A stretch of DNA of 64,000 nucleotides from Patescibacteria group bacterium (GTDB taxonomy: Bacteria; Patescibacteriota; Minisyncoccia; Phycocordibacterales; UBA918). The stretch lies in NCBI GenBank assembly GCA_040386275.1, contig JAZKFU010000008.1, positions 176,219 through 240,218 of the forward strand. Reading direction: 5' to 3'. A model generated the notes under the pieces. The model did no database searches, had not been told where the DNA came from, and worked only from the letters and a program-made list of their open reading frames with translations. Below are positions 38,895 through 50,198 of the stretch, in pieces. The translations under genes were made by a program, and so were the position numbers. Every line of letters starts with the position of its first letter. Position 1 is the stretch's first letter.

Positions 38895-39863
38895 TTACAC
38901 GCGGGCGGTTTTTACCAAATGGTCAATCAAGCCAGAGAACGATAAACCAACTGCTTCGGCAGCTTTAGGGAATAATGACTGAGAGGTTAAGCCAGGCAAG
39001 GTATTTACTTCAAGGAAGTACACTTCCCCATCGCGAATCATAAAGTCCGAGCGGGAGTATTGGGTGAGACCAAGGGCGGTGTGCACTTTGGTGGCGATAT
39101 CAGCAATTATTTCTTTTTCGGTGAATGAAAACCGGCCCGGCACGAGTTCGGTAGTAGCGCCCGAGTATTTTACATCCGCCGCAAAAAAGTCGTGGCTGTC
39201 AGGTGGGATGATTTCAATCGCAGGCAGTACGTAGACTGACTGGTCGCGGAAATTTTCTAAGACGGCACAGGTAGCTTCACGTCCACGAATACGTTCTTCA
39301 ATCATAAACTCATGATCGGCTTTGGCCATTTCTAGCAACGCAGCATTTAAAAGATCACTGTCATTGACCATGATCACGCCGTGTGAGGAGCCACTGCTCG
39401 TGGGCTTCAATACATATTCCGGACCAAATGATTGTTTAATGTGGCGGGCTAAGTCATCAATATCCTCGAGCATGCCGGGAGTAATTTTGATGTGCTTGGG
39501 GGTTTTGATGGCGTGGGGTGCTATGGCGCGTTTGGTGGTGTCTTTGTTAAAGGCGACACTCGAGGGAAACGAGTTACTGCCGGTAAAGGGGATATGGAGG
39601 CGTTCACAGATGCGCTGAATGGTGCCGTCTTCCCCGTAGGAGCCGTGCATGGCAATAAACACTACGTCAGCTGTCGCTAAGGCTACTTCGGGTTTTTTAA
39701 CGAGGCCATTACTGAGCCATTCACCGGTTTTTGAGACGGTAATATCCATGACCGTATACCCGAGCTTCGACAGTGCGTCACTCACCCCTTTACCCGTCGC
39801 AAAAGAGACCTCGTATTCCGAGCTTGGTCCTCCTTTTACTACCGCTACCCGAGTGGCTAACAT
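38895..39863 (-). CDS. ddl: D-alanine--D-alanine ligase
   Basis: GGPSSEYEVS, HGSYGEDG, GSSHGV, EVNTLPGLT. Confidence 0.95.
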   Translation of the reverse strand: MLATRVAVVKGGPSSEYEVSFATGKGVSDALSKLGYTVMDITVSKTGEWLSNGLVKKPEVALATADVVFIAMHGSYGEDGTIQRICERLHIPFTGSNSFPSSVAFNKDTTKRAIAPHAIKTPKHIKITPGMLEDIDDLARHIKQSFGPEYVLKPTSSGSSHGVIMVNDSDLLNAALLEMAKADHEFMIEERIRGREATCAVLENFRDQSVYVLPAIEIIPPDSHDFFAADVKYSGATTELVPGRFSFTEKEIIADIATKVHTALGLTQYSRSDFMIRDGEVYFLEVNTLPGLTSQSLFPKAAEAVGLSFSGLIDHLVKTARV

Positions 39864-39893
39864 AGTGATATTTTAGCATACCCCGGCGCGGAG

Positions 39894-40757
39894 TTAGTTA
39901 CTTTTCGCTTCCACTTTCGGTGGATGACCGTATACGCCAGAGAGTAAATCCATATCTTTGTTTGAAGTGGTCAGTAATTCAATGTTTTTTTCAACGAGCG
40001 CCGTCAAGACTGAGTTTCCGAGCGCATCGTGTTCTACTGATTCATAGAGTCGGCGAAAGGCCTCCATATCTTTGATAAAGCAGTGGCCACCGGCGCCACG
40101 ACCGGAACTGTGCATCGGACTCATATGACTGTCGCCGATACGTTTATCGTGCACCAAGGCCTCTTTTAGCGTGTCCCAGTCAGCATTCATACCGCTCGCT
40201 AGGTCATAGACCATATTCATAAAAATCACTTTCGTAAACAAGAAACAGTTGCCGGCGTATTTCAGTAACTCAGCCTCGGTCGAGGACATGACTTTGCTAT
40301 AGGGTGCTTCAGGGAGGATGGAAAGGATGGTTTGTGCGTGCTCGAGTGTTTCGGGGTTGGTATTGGGCACACCGATAATATTTCGCGCGGGGTGAGCTGT
40401 GTCGTACGCGGCGGTAGCTTCAACTAAAAATTCTGGACTATGGATAACAGTAATTGCAGGAAATTCTGTTTGCAAAGCTACCGTAGTGCCGGGGAGCAAC
40501 GTGGATTTAATCACCGCAATCTTCCCGTCTCCGACAAGAGTCAACGCGTCACGCACAATGGAGTAATCAAAGCCGTCAGGTGTGGTTGGGGTTGGTACCG
40601 CGATAAACACCACGTCACAGGTTTTGATCTGGTCTTTATTATTAATATATTGTTCTTCAAGCGCGTACCGTACGACGGTGTAGTCTCGATTTTCAAATTC
40701 ATTTGCGTAGTGTCTACCAATCCAACCCTGTCCGATAAAGCCAATGGATATATTCAT
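39894..40757 (-). CDS. UDP-glucose/GDP-mannose dehydrogenase family protein (short form, no C-terminal domain)
   Basis: GQGWIG, AVPTP, IKST, SPEFL, GAGGHCFIKD. Confidence 0.85.
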   Translation of the reverse strand: MNISIGFIGQGWIGRHYANEFENRDYTVVRYALEEQYINNKDQIKTCDVVFIAVPTPTTPDGFDYSIVRDALTLVGDGKIAVIKSTLLPGTTVALQTEFPAITVIHSPEFLVEATAAYDTAHPARNIIGVPNTNPETLEHAQTILSILPEAPYSKVMSSTEAELLKYAGNCFLFTKVIFMNMVYDLASGMNADWDTLKEALVHDKRIGDSHMSPMHSSGRGAGGHCFIKDMEAFRRLYESVEHDALGNSVLTALVEKNIELLTTSNKDMDLLSGVYGHPPKVEAKSN

Positions 40758-40804
40758 ATTTCAATTTGTTATAGTTCATTTTAACAAATTTTTGAACATA
40801 ATAG

Positions 40805-42040
40805 TTACTGCAACGCTCGTTTGCGACTGGTGTTGCGGTAGTAATTAATAGCAAAACGGTGGGATTCGGCGTTCGCGAGGAGGATTTCTAGTTTATGTTG
40901 CTTAAGCAACATCGCTGGTCCCATCAAACGGCTGGCCTTGTGCCGTTCGTCTTTAACTACCGCCACGACCGGAATCGACATATTAAATTCTTTTAAGACG
41001 CTTTCGATGGCGTTTTTTTGGATGATGTTACCGTCTGCGACGATTATCTGCGGAAATGGCCACTCGTCGTGCTCTAATCGGCGCCTGAGGACCTCGCGTA
41101 GGGCGCCTGGATCGTTGGCATCCGTGATGGTTTTGATTTTGAATTTGCGGTATTCGTTTTTATTGGTTTCCCCACCTTCTACGACGGTCATTACCCCCAC
41201 CATATCTTTCCCCGCCATGTGGGCAATGTCATAGGCTTCGATGCGGAGGTTTTTTTCGTCACGGTAGACATGGTTTTCGGTTTTAATAAGGGCGATGTCT
41301 TGGATGTGTGTGAGAGCAAACATTTTCTTTTTGAGTTTCCCAGCCTCTTCAAACTGTTCGAGTTTGGCGGCTTTCATCATGTCGCGTTCAAGTTCATTAA
41401 GTATAGTGTGCTTTTTACCCTCAAAAAACAGTTTAATGTGACGGATGGTGCGAAGATATTCTGTGCGATTACTCACGCTCGGATACAATCCAATCTGCCG
41501 GTTAAAGTCGATTTTACCGCGGGCTAACTTTGAAACTTGTGCATCGACTGAGTCTTTAGTGTCATAGAATTGAAACAGCTTACGCACGATTTTAATGGCT
41601 TCTCGAAAGAGTGAGCCGCTGGGGAACGGGCCAAAGTGGTATTTGATTTCATCACTGCTGTATTTTTCAGTCAGGTCTTTACCTCGCACGACGAGCACGC
41701 GTGGCCATTCTTCGTTGGTGATGATGAGATGGTTATAAGATTTGTCGTCTTTGCTTTTGGTGTTGTATTTTGGTTTGTGACTGCGAATGAGGTTGGTTTC
41801 CAAAATGAGCGCTTCAAGCACACTATCAGTCGCAGTGTGTTCTACGGTTTTAGCAAGGGCGACCATTTGCTCAATCAATGGAGAGCGTTTCTCGATAATG
41901 TCATTGGCAAAATAACTACGCACCCGATTACGCAGTGAGGTGGCTTTACCTATGTATAGAATCTCTTTTCGGGCACCCAAAAAGAAATACACTCCGGGTG
42001 TATCGGGTAGTTTTAGTTTGGCGAGTTTCTCTTTTTCCAT
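40805..42040 (-). CDS. uvrC: UvrC-like excinuclease (compact, no HhH tail)
   Basis: PGVYFF..YIGKATSLRNRVRSYF, UVR coil, RIEAYDIAH, ADG, ESHRFAI. Confidence 0.9.
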   Translation of the reverse strand: MEKEKLAKLKLPDTPGVYFFLGARKEILYIGKATSLRNRVRSYFANDIIEKRSPLIEQMVALAKTVEHTATDSVLEALILETNLIRSHKPKYNTKSKDDKSYNHLIITNEEWPRVLVVRGKDLTEKYSSDEIKYHFGPFPSGSLFREAIKIVRKLFQFYDTKDSVDAQVSKLARGKIDFNRQIGLYPSVSNRTEYLRTIRHIKLFFEGKKHTILNELERDMMKAAKLEQFEEAGKLKKKMFALTHIQDIALIKTENHVYRDEKNLRIEAYDIAHMAGKDMVGVMTVVEGGETNKNEYRKFKIKTITDANDPGALREVLRRRLEHDEWPFPQIIVADGNIIQKNAIESVLKEFNMSIPVVAVVKDERHKASRLMGPAMLLKQHKLEILLANAESHRFAINYYRNTSRKRALQ

Positions 42041-42094
42041 AGGTTTGGATAGCGTACCACAATCTCGCCTTAGTGGCTTTTTTAGCAATTTAGA

Positions 42095-42430
42095 TTAGTC
42101 CCGACGCTTTTCCCAAATATCGTTAATATCAGAAACGAGATTCCGCAGGGAGGCTTCACTGTCGATGCTGGATGACTTGGTAGGGTTCGCTATGGCTCTG
42201 ATGCCGGACTCAAGACGAAGTTCTAATTGTTGTAGTAGCTCTTTTTTATCATTTCGAGACAAGACTGCGATAATTTGATTGAGCTTTAAACCCGTAACGC
42301 CCAGAGCTGAGGTTAGACGATTACACGCATCTTCATGCTGAACGGACAAACGTTCAAACGAACTCACAACGGTGGTTGCTTCTGCACTTAAGGGTTTTTC
42401 TTCTAGATTTATGATGTTTTCTTGTGACAT
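42095..42430 (-). CDS. hypothetical protein
   Basis: 111-aa ORF with TAAAT -10-like element upstream. Confidence 0.55.
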   Translation of the reverse strand: MSQENIINLEEKPLSAEATTVVSSFERLSVQHEDACNRLTSALGVTGLKLNQIIAVLSRNDKKELLQQLELRLESGIRAIANPTKSSSIDSEASLRNLVSDINDIWEKRRD

Positions 42431-42523
42431 AGAAATATTATACCAGAGAGGCTAGGAATATTCGACACGGCAAAACAAAGCCGCCCCAGTCATAACTGAC
42501 GGGACGGTATAAGGTGGTTTATA

Positions 42524-42862
42524 TTAGTATTCTTCCCAATTTTCAACAAACAGACAGTGCTGTAGCCAAGAACTCATGGTAAGCCAGACCGCCACAAACA
42601 TAGCGCCGGCGGACAATACAAGTGAGGTAACGAGAGGGATATACCCCGTGTGCAAGAGCAGAATATCCAACAGACACACAAGCAAACCAACGAGGGCCGA
42701 GAAACAGGTCTTACAGAGCTGTGTACGTTGCCAGCTATGAAAGGTAAAGGGGTTTTGAGTGTTCACTGCGATGATAACTATTGCAAGAATCGCATGTGAG
42801 ATCAGGGTGGTAATGGACCAAAAAACCAATACCAAGTACGCGTATTCGTAGACTGTAGTCAT
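42524..42862 (-). CDS. hypothetical 3-TM protein (SD-led)
   Basis: AGGAG SD; downstream hairpin 42481-42508. Confidence 0.6.
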   Translation of the reverse strand: MTTVYEYAYLVLVFWSITTLISHAILAIVIIAVNTQNPFTFHSWQRTQLCKTCFSALVGLLVCLLDILLLHTGYIPLVTSLVLSAGAMFVAVWLTMSSWLQHCLFVENWEEY

Positions 42863-42947
42863 GACTGTCTCCTAGTGTCCAAGAACTCTCTTTCAATTAT
42901 AATCATGTAAAACCGCCCCGGTCAAATAATGACGGGGCGGATTTTCG

Positions 42948-43223
42948 TTAGGCAGCGAATCGATAGACGGTGTTCTTCACTCGCTCGTGACGCCGCATCA
43001 CGAGCACAATGGCGGCAAGATCACGTGGATGCACGCCGATTGATCCGGCCCAGGTGAAGATAATTTCGCGACGCTCGGCGCGGGTTGAGAATTCCGCCAG
43101 CGGAATGTTTTCCTCCCAGACAGTTACTGCCGTCGTGGCACAAAGGGCTTTGGCGTCTGCCCTACCACCCTGTTGCCTAAGATTGTAGACCGTGAGTCCT
43201 TGCGTAGGTCTTCCTAGTGACAT
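42948..43223 (-). CDS. hypothetical protein (SD-led)
   Basis: AGGGAG SD; downstream hairpin 42913-42940. Confidence 0.55.
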   Translation of the reverse strand: MSLGRPTQGLTVYNLRQQGGRADAKALCATTAVTVWEENIPLAEFSTRAERREIIFTWAGSIGVHPRDLAAIVLVMRRHERVKNTVYRFAA

Positions 43224-43363
43224 TTTTGTACTCCCTTTTTCGGAGGGAACTATACAATACTAATAAATACTTAGCAATATCCACGGAATTTAAAAATTTC
43301 CCCAGTAATTACCGGGGGAAATTTCTAATCTATTAATTTGATGGACTAATTCTATCCAATATT

Positions 43364-46015
43364 CTACAAATGAAGTTTCAAATACTTACCGGTGTATGAA
43401 TTAGGATTCTCGGCTACTTGCTCTGGAGTACCTTTTGCTACTACTGTTCCCCCACCGGCTCCGCCTTCAGGTCCGATATCAATGACGTAGTCAGCTGATT
43501 TAATGACATCAAGACTGTGCTCAATTACCATCACGGTATTGCCTTGATTGACGAGCTCTTGCAGGATTTCGATGAGTTTCTTTACGTCTTCATAGTGCAG
43601 TCCAATGGTTGGCTCATCAAGGAGGTAGATGGTTTTTTGCGTGTGGGGTCGGTAGAGTTCAGAGGCAATTTTTACGCGTTGAGCTTCACCTCCGGAAAGA
43701 GTGGTCGCACTTTGACCAAGCTTAAGATACGACAACCCTACATCAAGCAAGGACTTCAGTCGTTCTTCAATAGCGGGCACTTCATGGAAAAAGGTATACG
43801 CTTCTTCAATGGTCATCTCGAGTACCTGGTGGATGTTTTTCTTGCGGTAGGTCACTTCAAGGGTTTCTTTCGTGAAGCGCTTTCCTTCACAGACATCACA
43901 CTCGACAAACACGGTTGGCAAGAAGTGCATCTCGACTGCAATCACCCCGTTCCCCTGACAGGCTTCACAGCGACCACCTTTGACGTTGAATGAGAATCGT
44001 CCTGGCTTCCACCCACGTGCTTTGGCTTCACTACTATTGGCGAACATATCACGAATGTGTGAGAAGGCACCGGTGTAAGTAGCGGGGTTACTGCGCGGCG
44101 TACGGCCAATCGGTGACTGGTCAATCAAGATAGAACGACCGAGGTATTCAGTTCCGGTAAATTCGGCACAGTTATAGGTTTTGGCAGTGCGGAATTTTTT
44201 CTCCAGTCGGCCTTTGAGGTTACGGTCGACAATCTCGTACATAAACGTTGATTTCCCCGAACCCGATACTCCCGTCACACAGATAAGACGCCCCAGCGGG
44301 ATATCGATGTTGAGGTTTTTAATGTTAAAGGCTTTTCCACCTTTGATTTTAATAGAACCTTTTTCACCGGTACGCCGTTCTGGTACGGCAATCTTTTTAG
44401 TACCACGCAAATAATCTAACGTCACTGAGCCTGAGGGATTGGTTTTAGCGGAGAGTAGTTCTTCGAGGTAGCCGGCGACCACTACTTCGCCTCCGTGAAT
44501 ACCGGCTCCCGGTCCAATATCAACGAGGTAGTCTGCAGCGTAAATCGTGTCTTCATCGTGTTCAACCACGATAATGGTATTCCCTAAATCGCGGAGTTCA
44601 GACAGGGTTTTAATCAAACGGTCGTTATCCCGTTGGTGAAGGCCAATGGTTGGCTCATCAAGCACATAGAGCGCACCCACCAGACCAGAACCCAGCTGTG
44701 ACGCGAGACGGATACGTTGGGCCTCTCCACCAGATAGGGTGTTGGCTCGACGATCAAGCGTAAGGTATTCAATACCAACGTTATTCATAAATTCTAGGCG
44801 GTCAATAATCTCGCGCAACGCAGGCCAGGCAATTTCATGTTGCTTAGGACTTAGTTTCAAATCATCAATAAACTTCGTAGCGTCTTTCACCGTCATCGCG
44901 GTGAAGCCTACTATATTGATACCTAAATCTTTTTTACCATCTCCGCCAAGATACACACGCATCGCCTCGGGACGTAAACGAGCCCCCTGACAGGTCGGAC
45001 ACACATCGGATTGGAAAATACCAACCACCCCGAGTCCATTACATTCAGGACAGGCACCGTACGGTGAGTTAAACGAAAACAATCTAGGCTCAACTTCCGG
45101 GAACGACGAACCATCCACTGGACAGATAAATTTAGCCGACAAAGTACGCACTTCCCCGCCAGGGCTTTCGATTTTAACCAGACCACTCGCGACCGAAAGC
45201 GCCACTTCAACCGCCTCACTTAACCGTTCGTGAGAACCTTTTGGGTCATCGGTAAATTCACTGACATAAATTTCATCAATCAACACATCAATGTCGTGGC
45301 GTTTGGTTTTGGTGAGAATAATTTTTTCCCGGAGCTGTTTAATTTCACCGTCAATTTTAACGGTTTCAAAACCTTTCCCGAGTAAATCGTACAATAGTTG
45401 GTAGTATTCACCTTTACGCCCTACTACTACGGGCGCAAAAATAGACACCCGGCCTTTGCTCACTTGAATACCAAGGACTTTTTCAGACTCCTTTTTAGTT
45501 GCGGCTACTACCTCTTTACTTTCAATTGATTTAAGAATGATGCCTAAAATTTCATCTTGGGAGAGTTTTTGAATCGGCACATCAACATCAAGACAGTATG
45601 GCTGTCCCACCCGTGCGTAGAGGATACGGAGGTAGTCGTAGATTTCGGTAATGGTCGCAACCGTTGATCGTGGATTACGAGAAGCGGATTTTTGATCAAT
45701 GGAAATAGCCGGCGAGAGACCACTAATTTCATCCACATCCGGCTTTTGCATTTTATTTAAAAACTGGCGGGCATACGGCGACAGTGATTCAACGTAGCGA
45801 CGTTGACCCTCGGCAAAAATAGTATCAAAAGCAAGTGATGACTTTCCTGACCCTGATGGACCCGTAATGGCAATCATTTTTCCACGCGGCATTTCAACAG
45901 TGATGTCTTTAAGATTGTGAGTGCGGGCACCACGTACAATAATCTTGTTTTCGCGCTCTGAAGTTTTTGCCTGTGTTTTATCGGTATTTATTTTTCTTTC
46001 GGGTATTTTTGCCAT
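43364..46015 (-). CDS. uvrA: excinuclease ABC subunit A
   Basis: Two Walker A ([18 protein letters not shown]), two LSGGEAQR signatures, C-terminal Zn finger. Confidence 0.98.
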   Translation of the reverse strand: MAKIPERKINTDKTQAKTSERENKIIVRGARTHNLKDITVEMPRGKMIAITGPSGSGKSSLAFDTIFAEGQRRYVESLSPYARQFLNKMQKPDVDEISGLSPAISIDQKSASRNPRSTVATITEIYDYLRILYARVGQPYCLDVDVPIQKLSQDEILGIILKSIESKEVVAATKKESEKVLGIQVSKGRVSIFAPVVVGRKGEYYQLLYDLLGKGFETVKIDGEIKQLREKIILTKTKRHDIDVLIDEIYVSEFTDDPKGSHERLSEAVEVALSVASGLVKIESPGGEVRTLSAKFICPVDGSSFPEVEPRLFSFNSPYGACPECNGLGVVGIFQSDVCPTCQGARLRPEAMRVYLGGDGKKDLGINIVGFTAMTVKDATKFIDDLKLSPKQHEIAWPALREIIDRLEFMNNVGIEYLTLDRRANTLSGGEAQRIRLASQLGSGLVGALYVLDEPTIGLHQRDNDRLIKTLSELRDLGNTIIVVEHDEDTIYAADYLVDIGPGAGIHGGEVVVAGYLEELLSAKTNPSGSVTLDYLRGTKKIAVPERRTGEKGSIKIKGGKAFNIKNLNIDIPLGRLICVTGVSGSGKSTFMYEIVDRNLKGRLEKKFRTAKTYNCAEFTGTEYLGRSILIDQSPIGRTPRSNPATYTGAFSHIRDMFANSSEAKARGWKPGRFSFNVKGGRCEACQGNGVIAVEMHFLPTVFVECDVCEGKRFTKETLEVTYRKKNIHQVLEMTIEEAYTFFHEVPAIEERLKSLLDVGLSYLKLGQSATTLSGGEAQRVKIASELYRPHTQKTIYLLDEPTIGLHYEDVKKLIEILQELVNQGNTVMVIEHSLDVIKSADYVIDIGPEGGAGGGTVVAKGTPEQVAENPNSYTGKYLKLHL

Positions 46016-46095
46016 GGTTTATAACATAGTTACACCACCAGATGATGCTGGTGGTCGGTACACTGATTATAACTGAGAAACATCGTATCGTACAG

Positions 46096-47439
46096 TTATT
46101 TTGTTTTGGGTGGCTGAATGGGGAACGTCATGACAATTTGCGTGCCCACGCCTTGAATTGACTCTACACCAATGGTCCCACCCATCAGTTCAATTAGTTC
46201 TTTGGTGATCCACATTCCTAAGCCAGTGCCCGTGGTAGCACTACTTTCTGCGTCTTTGGTACGGAAGAACGGTGCAAAGAGTTTCTTTTGATCTTCTGCT
46301 GAAATACCAGCCCCAGTATCTTTTACCCGCACTTCAACATACGAATGTTCTTTATGGGTAGCAATGGTAACCACTCCTTTATCGGTGTACTTAATTGAAT
46401 TACTAATGATGTTAGTGAGGATTTGATGCGTGCGCTTTGGGTCTGCAAAAATTGTCTGAGAAGTATTTGTGTCGTCCCACACTAATTGACATTGCTTTTG
46501 AGTGGCTACCGGGGTAAATTCGGCCACTACATCGCGAACAACAGTATGCACGTCAATTGTTTCAGGATGGATTTCGAGCTTACCTGATTGCAAACGCGCG
46601 ATATCTAACAAGTCACTCACGATAGTAATTAACCGTTCAGAAGATACTTCTATTCGTGAGGCTTGTTCTTTATAGGTATCTTCAACTACATGTTCTTTTA
46701 ACATGCTCGCATAGCCTCTGATAGCAGTTAACGGGGCGCGTAGCTCGTGCGCTATCATATGCGTAAAAAGGTCTTTGGTTTCGATGGCTTGTCTTGCTTC
46801 TGTATAGAGATAACGATAGTCAGTCAATTTAATGTGCCAGATAGCTAACAACAGAAGGAATATGTAGATAAAAAACAAATGCCAGTAGGCGGCAAACTCT
46901 CGGTCAGCAAAAAGCTGATCTACGGCGGCTAAGGATGATTTAGTATAAATGAAAAACTCACTTCCCTCTGCGCTTGTAAACGCACGGTAGCCATACCAAA
47001 AGCGGCTACCTGATTCCATCGACTCAAAAATTATTGATTCACTGTTAAACAAACGAGCGCTACTAAAAGGTTCAACATTTTCTTCAATTTCACCGAGATT
47101 TTTGCTATCACGCGCGACAAGAGAAATGATGCCTTGAGGAGTAGCTTGTAGTAGTTTTACATCAATAATGTCTGGGTTTTGCTCGGCGAGTGACTGCATT
47201 TGCGTTTCAATAATTCCTAAATCTACGTTGGTGGCAACTGACAAAGACACCAACGCATCGTGCATGATGCCTACTTTGTCTTTTTGTAATCTATCTTGAT
47301 TATACGTTCCTACTTCGAGAAATTTTTGTCCGGTATACAAAAACAACAGCGGAATTACAAACAGCAACATCAGGGCAAACAGCACTTGGGGGTGCTGTTT
47401 GATATAGGTAACCGCTGATAGTAGCTTTTGTGTAGACAT
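46096..47439 (-). CDS. membrane sensor histidine kinase
   Basis: 2 TMs, AHELRAP, NSIKY, DTGAGI, GTGLG. Confidence 0.93.
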   Translation of the reverse strand: MSTQKLLSAVTYIKQHPQVLFALMLLFVIPLLFLYTGQKFLEVGTYNQDRLQKDKVGIMHDALVSLSVATNVDLGIIETQMQSLAEQNPDIIDVKLLQATPQGIISLVARDSKNLGEIEENVEPFSSARLFNSESIIFESMESGSRFWYGYRAFTSAEGSEFFIYTKSSLAAVDQLFADREFAAYWHLFFIYIFLLLLAIWHIKLTDYRYLYTEARQAIETKDLFTHMIAHELRAPLTAIRGYASMLKEHVVEDTYKEQASRIEVSSERLITIVSDLLDIARLQSGKLEIHPETIDVHTVVRDVVAEFTPVATQKQCQLVWDDTNTSQTIFADPKRTHQILTNIISNSIKYTDKGVVTIATHKEHSYVEVRVKDTGAGISAEDQKKLFAPFFRTKDAESSATTGTGLGMWITKELIELMGGTIGVESIQGVGTQIVMTFPIQPPKTK

Positions 47440-47443
47440 GCAT

Positions 47444-50161
47444 TTATGGCTGTGGCTCTGGTACTTCTATCGTTTTACGGCCGATGAAGTTTAATCCAAA
47501 TAACATAAGTATTAACCCAATCGCCATAGTTGATACCCCGAGGATGACATTAATCGCCGCGCTCGAGAACAACCGTGAGTCATCACCCGTAGTAATCGTA
47601 GCTGGTGAATCAACAACTATGCCATCAAACGCTTCTGCTCGCTTTACGAAGGCAAAACGTGCACTTTTAGCGACAATTTTCCCGGCATTGTCAGTCACAC
47701 CTATATAGACCTCATGTTCCCCATCCTCGAGTTCTTTATCAAGTCGATAGTTCCAACTACCATCACTGTCAGTTTTTATCGTCACAATAATCGGCGTACT
47801 ATAAATATAGAGCGTAATGAAACTGTTAGGTAAGGCGTAGCCTGATAGTAACGCGGCAGCGACGGGTTTTGTGCCGGTGGCTACAATGCCGCCTGTATCT
47901 GCTGCGGTGATGGATTTAACCTTAAGGATATCTTCACGGACCACCCCAGTTTCTTTTGGTGATTCGTAGGCAATAAGTACTTCAGGAGTCGCGTCAAGTG
48001 GATCGTACCCACTTTGAATTTCTACACCATCAAGAAATCCGTCATTGTCGGAGTCAGCCACAAAGGGATTGGTACGGTACAAACGAACTTCGTCGTAGTC
48101 AGAAATTAAGTCTTTATCAAAGTCTTCAGACGCTTTTTGTTTCGTGCGTTCGGTAATCAGTGTATTGGTGCGCTCGACGTTTTCTTTGGTACGGGCAATC
48201 ATGCTGTCGAGATAGGTTGCAATATCATTTTGTTCACCTTTTGTATCATCGGTTACTGAACCTTTAAGAGCAGTAATTGTTTCAGTAATTTTAGCAATTG
48301 CTTCTGTATCTTCCATACGTAATGAAACCGACAGCTTATCAAGCTCAAGCGCTAGTTGTTTTTCAATATCGTCATCAATACTGACAGGTGGTTGTGGGGG
48401 TGGTGTTATAAGTGTAGTTGGAGCGACAGCAGTTCGCGGTACTGGAACAGCAGTGGAAGTGGTAGCGACCGTGGACGAAGGGGTACTAGCAATGGTTTTG
48501 ATTGGTTCCAGTGCAATAGACTTGAGGGTTTCGATTTGTGTCGTCTCGATTGGTGTTGGAGCCACCGTCACAATGTTTTTGAAAATTACGCCAGCTCGCA
48601 CAAAATCATATTCACCAAAACTATTTTGTACTACCGCTTTTAGCGCGTATTCTCCATCAGGAAAGATGCTGGTGTCCATACGGTAAATCCAGGTGGCGGG
48701 ACCACTTTTAATAGCGGTCCCGAGCGGACTAAAGCGAAGTGCATTTTTGGGCTGGATTGATAAAACAACACTATTAGCACCAGCTACCTCAATCGAAAGT
48801 CCAACCACACCTTTTAGCGGTGTCGGTGCGAGGACATTAATTTTTACCGGTGGCTTGAGTTCAGTTATAACGGTAGTGGTTGCAACAATGGGATTAAGTA
48901 CGGCTGTGCTACTCGCTAATGTTGTGGTGGTAGTCGCGGTAGTCGGAGCAGCAATTTTATTAACCGTTGCAAACAAACCAGAAACCGAATCGGTATCTCG
49001 ATTGGCTACTGCCCTAATACGATAGGCTCCTAATGGTAGTGACCCTGAATTCCAGGTTCGTCGCCAATTGCCCGTGGCAACCAACTCAGCGTTACCGATG
49101 GGGTACGTTCTATTGGTAGCAGTGTGAATTGCTTCGAGCGCTACAGAATCAGCATTTTCAGTTCTTACGTATAAAATAAACGAATCAACTGATTGCGTTA
49201 CATTAGGCACGACCGAAATAATTCGAATACCCGACACTACGGTTGTGCTTGCTGTTGGTGTGAGGTTATTTGGGTTTACAATTGTGCTGGTAGTTGAAGC
49301 GATTGTGTTACTAACGGTAGTAGTTACGGGCGTAGTCGCTAATTTAGTAATACGGTTGGGAGACACATGATCATATCCACCATAGTAATTAGTAACAACT
49401 ACACGTACGCGATAGGTACCAGCGTCCAGCACCCGAGTATCAAACGGATGCGTCCAGGTGGTGTCTGAAGTTTTATTCATTGAAAGGTATGAGGTAGCAA
49501 CTAGTCCATCGTCAGCTCGAATGAGCTGCATTCTCACTTGTTGCGCATAGGGTACGGTTACATTCACTGGAACGGTGCCTTCAAGATTTTCGGTATTACC
49601 TTCCACATTTACTACCGGGATAGGTCTACGATCTACTAAGTTGGCACATTGGGTGTTGGTGTAATTATCAAGCAACGTACAATCAACGAGCGGCAGAAGG
49701 TCAGTCGTCGAACTCGCCAGTTGAGTTAACTGGGCGGTTTGTGTCAGCGTGTTTAATCCACCTTGGGCACTAAAAAGCGAAAACCAAATTCCAAAACAGG
49801 CAATCAGCACACCTACCCCACGCGAAACCAAACTCATGGTGGTGGCTGTTTTCTCGGATAGTTGAAACTGTGGTATCTGTCGCAATAATACAAAACTTGG
49901 TGGCGGCGGTAGACGAAGGGGCGTCCGGTTACGAAACGATACTACCGTAGGCACTTCAGTCTCAATAAAGACCAGTTGTTTTTTAGTGTGGGTTTTGGGT
50001 ACGGTTACGGTTACCTTTTTTACTGCCTTTACCCTGACTTTTTTAATTTTTGGTAGGGCTGGTTCTGGAGAAACAAGTTTTTTAACCACGCGTTTAGGCG
50101 TTTTTGGTACCTCCTTAGCTTGAGCCAGCTTTTTACTCACCGTCATAGTGTCAGTATACAT
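47444..50161 (-). CDS. large surface protein with Ig-like repeats, Thr-rich linkers and Ca-binding DxDxD repeat
   Basis: Repeated W..xT..L..G.Y units, DSDNDGFLDGVE, TM near each end. Confidence 0.75.
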   Translation of the reverse strand: MYTDTMTVSKKLAQAKEVPKTPKRVVKKLVSPEPALPKIKKVRVKAVKKVTVTVPKTHTKKQLVFIETEVPTVVSFRNRTPLRLPPPPSFVLLRQIPQFQLSEKTATTMSLVSRGVGVLIACFGIWFSLFSAQGGLNTLTQTAQLTQLASSTTDLLPLVDCTLLDNYTNTQCANLVDRRPIPVVNVEGNTENLEGTVPVNVTVPYAQQVRMQLIRADDGLVATSYLSMNKTSDTTWTHPFDTRVLDAGTYRVRVVVTNYYGGYDHVSPNRITKLATTPVTTTVSNTIASTTSTIVNPNNLTPTASTTVVSGIRIISVVPNVTQSVDSFILYVRTENADSVALEAIHTATNRTYPIGNAELVATGNWRRTWNSGSLPLGAYRIRAVANRDTDSVSGLFATVNKIAAPTTATTTTTLASSTAVLNPIVATTTVITELKPPVKINVLAPTPLKGVVGLSIEVAGANSVVLSIQPKNALRFSPLGTAIKSGPATWIYRMDTSIFPDGEYALKAVVQNSFGEYDFVRAGVIFKNIVTVAPTPIETTQIETLKSIALEPIKTIASTPSSTVATTSTAVPVPRTAVAPTTLITPPPQPPVSIDDDIEKQLALELDKLSVSLRMEDTEAIAKITETITALKGSVTDDTKGEQNDIATYLDSMIARTKENVERTNTLITERTKQKASEDFDKDLISDYDEVRLYRTNPFVADSDNDGFLDGVEIQSGYDPLDATPEVLIAYESPKETGVVREDILKVKSITAADTGGIVATGTKPVAAALLSGYALPNSFITLYIYSTPIIVTIKTDSDGSWNYRLDKELEDGEHEVYIGVTDNAGKIVAKSARFAFVKRAEAFDGIVVDSPATITTGDDSRLFSSAAINVILGVSTMAIGLILMLFGLNFIGRKTIEVPEPQP

Positions 50162-50198
50162 CCCCGCCTGTCGGTAAAGGTGCTTATTTCAACACACT

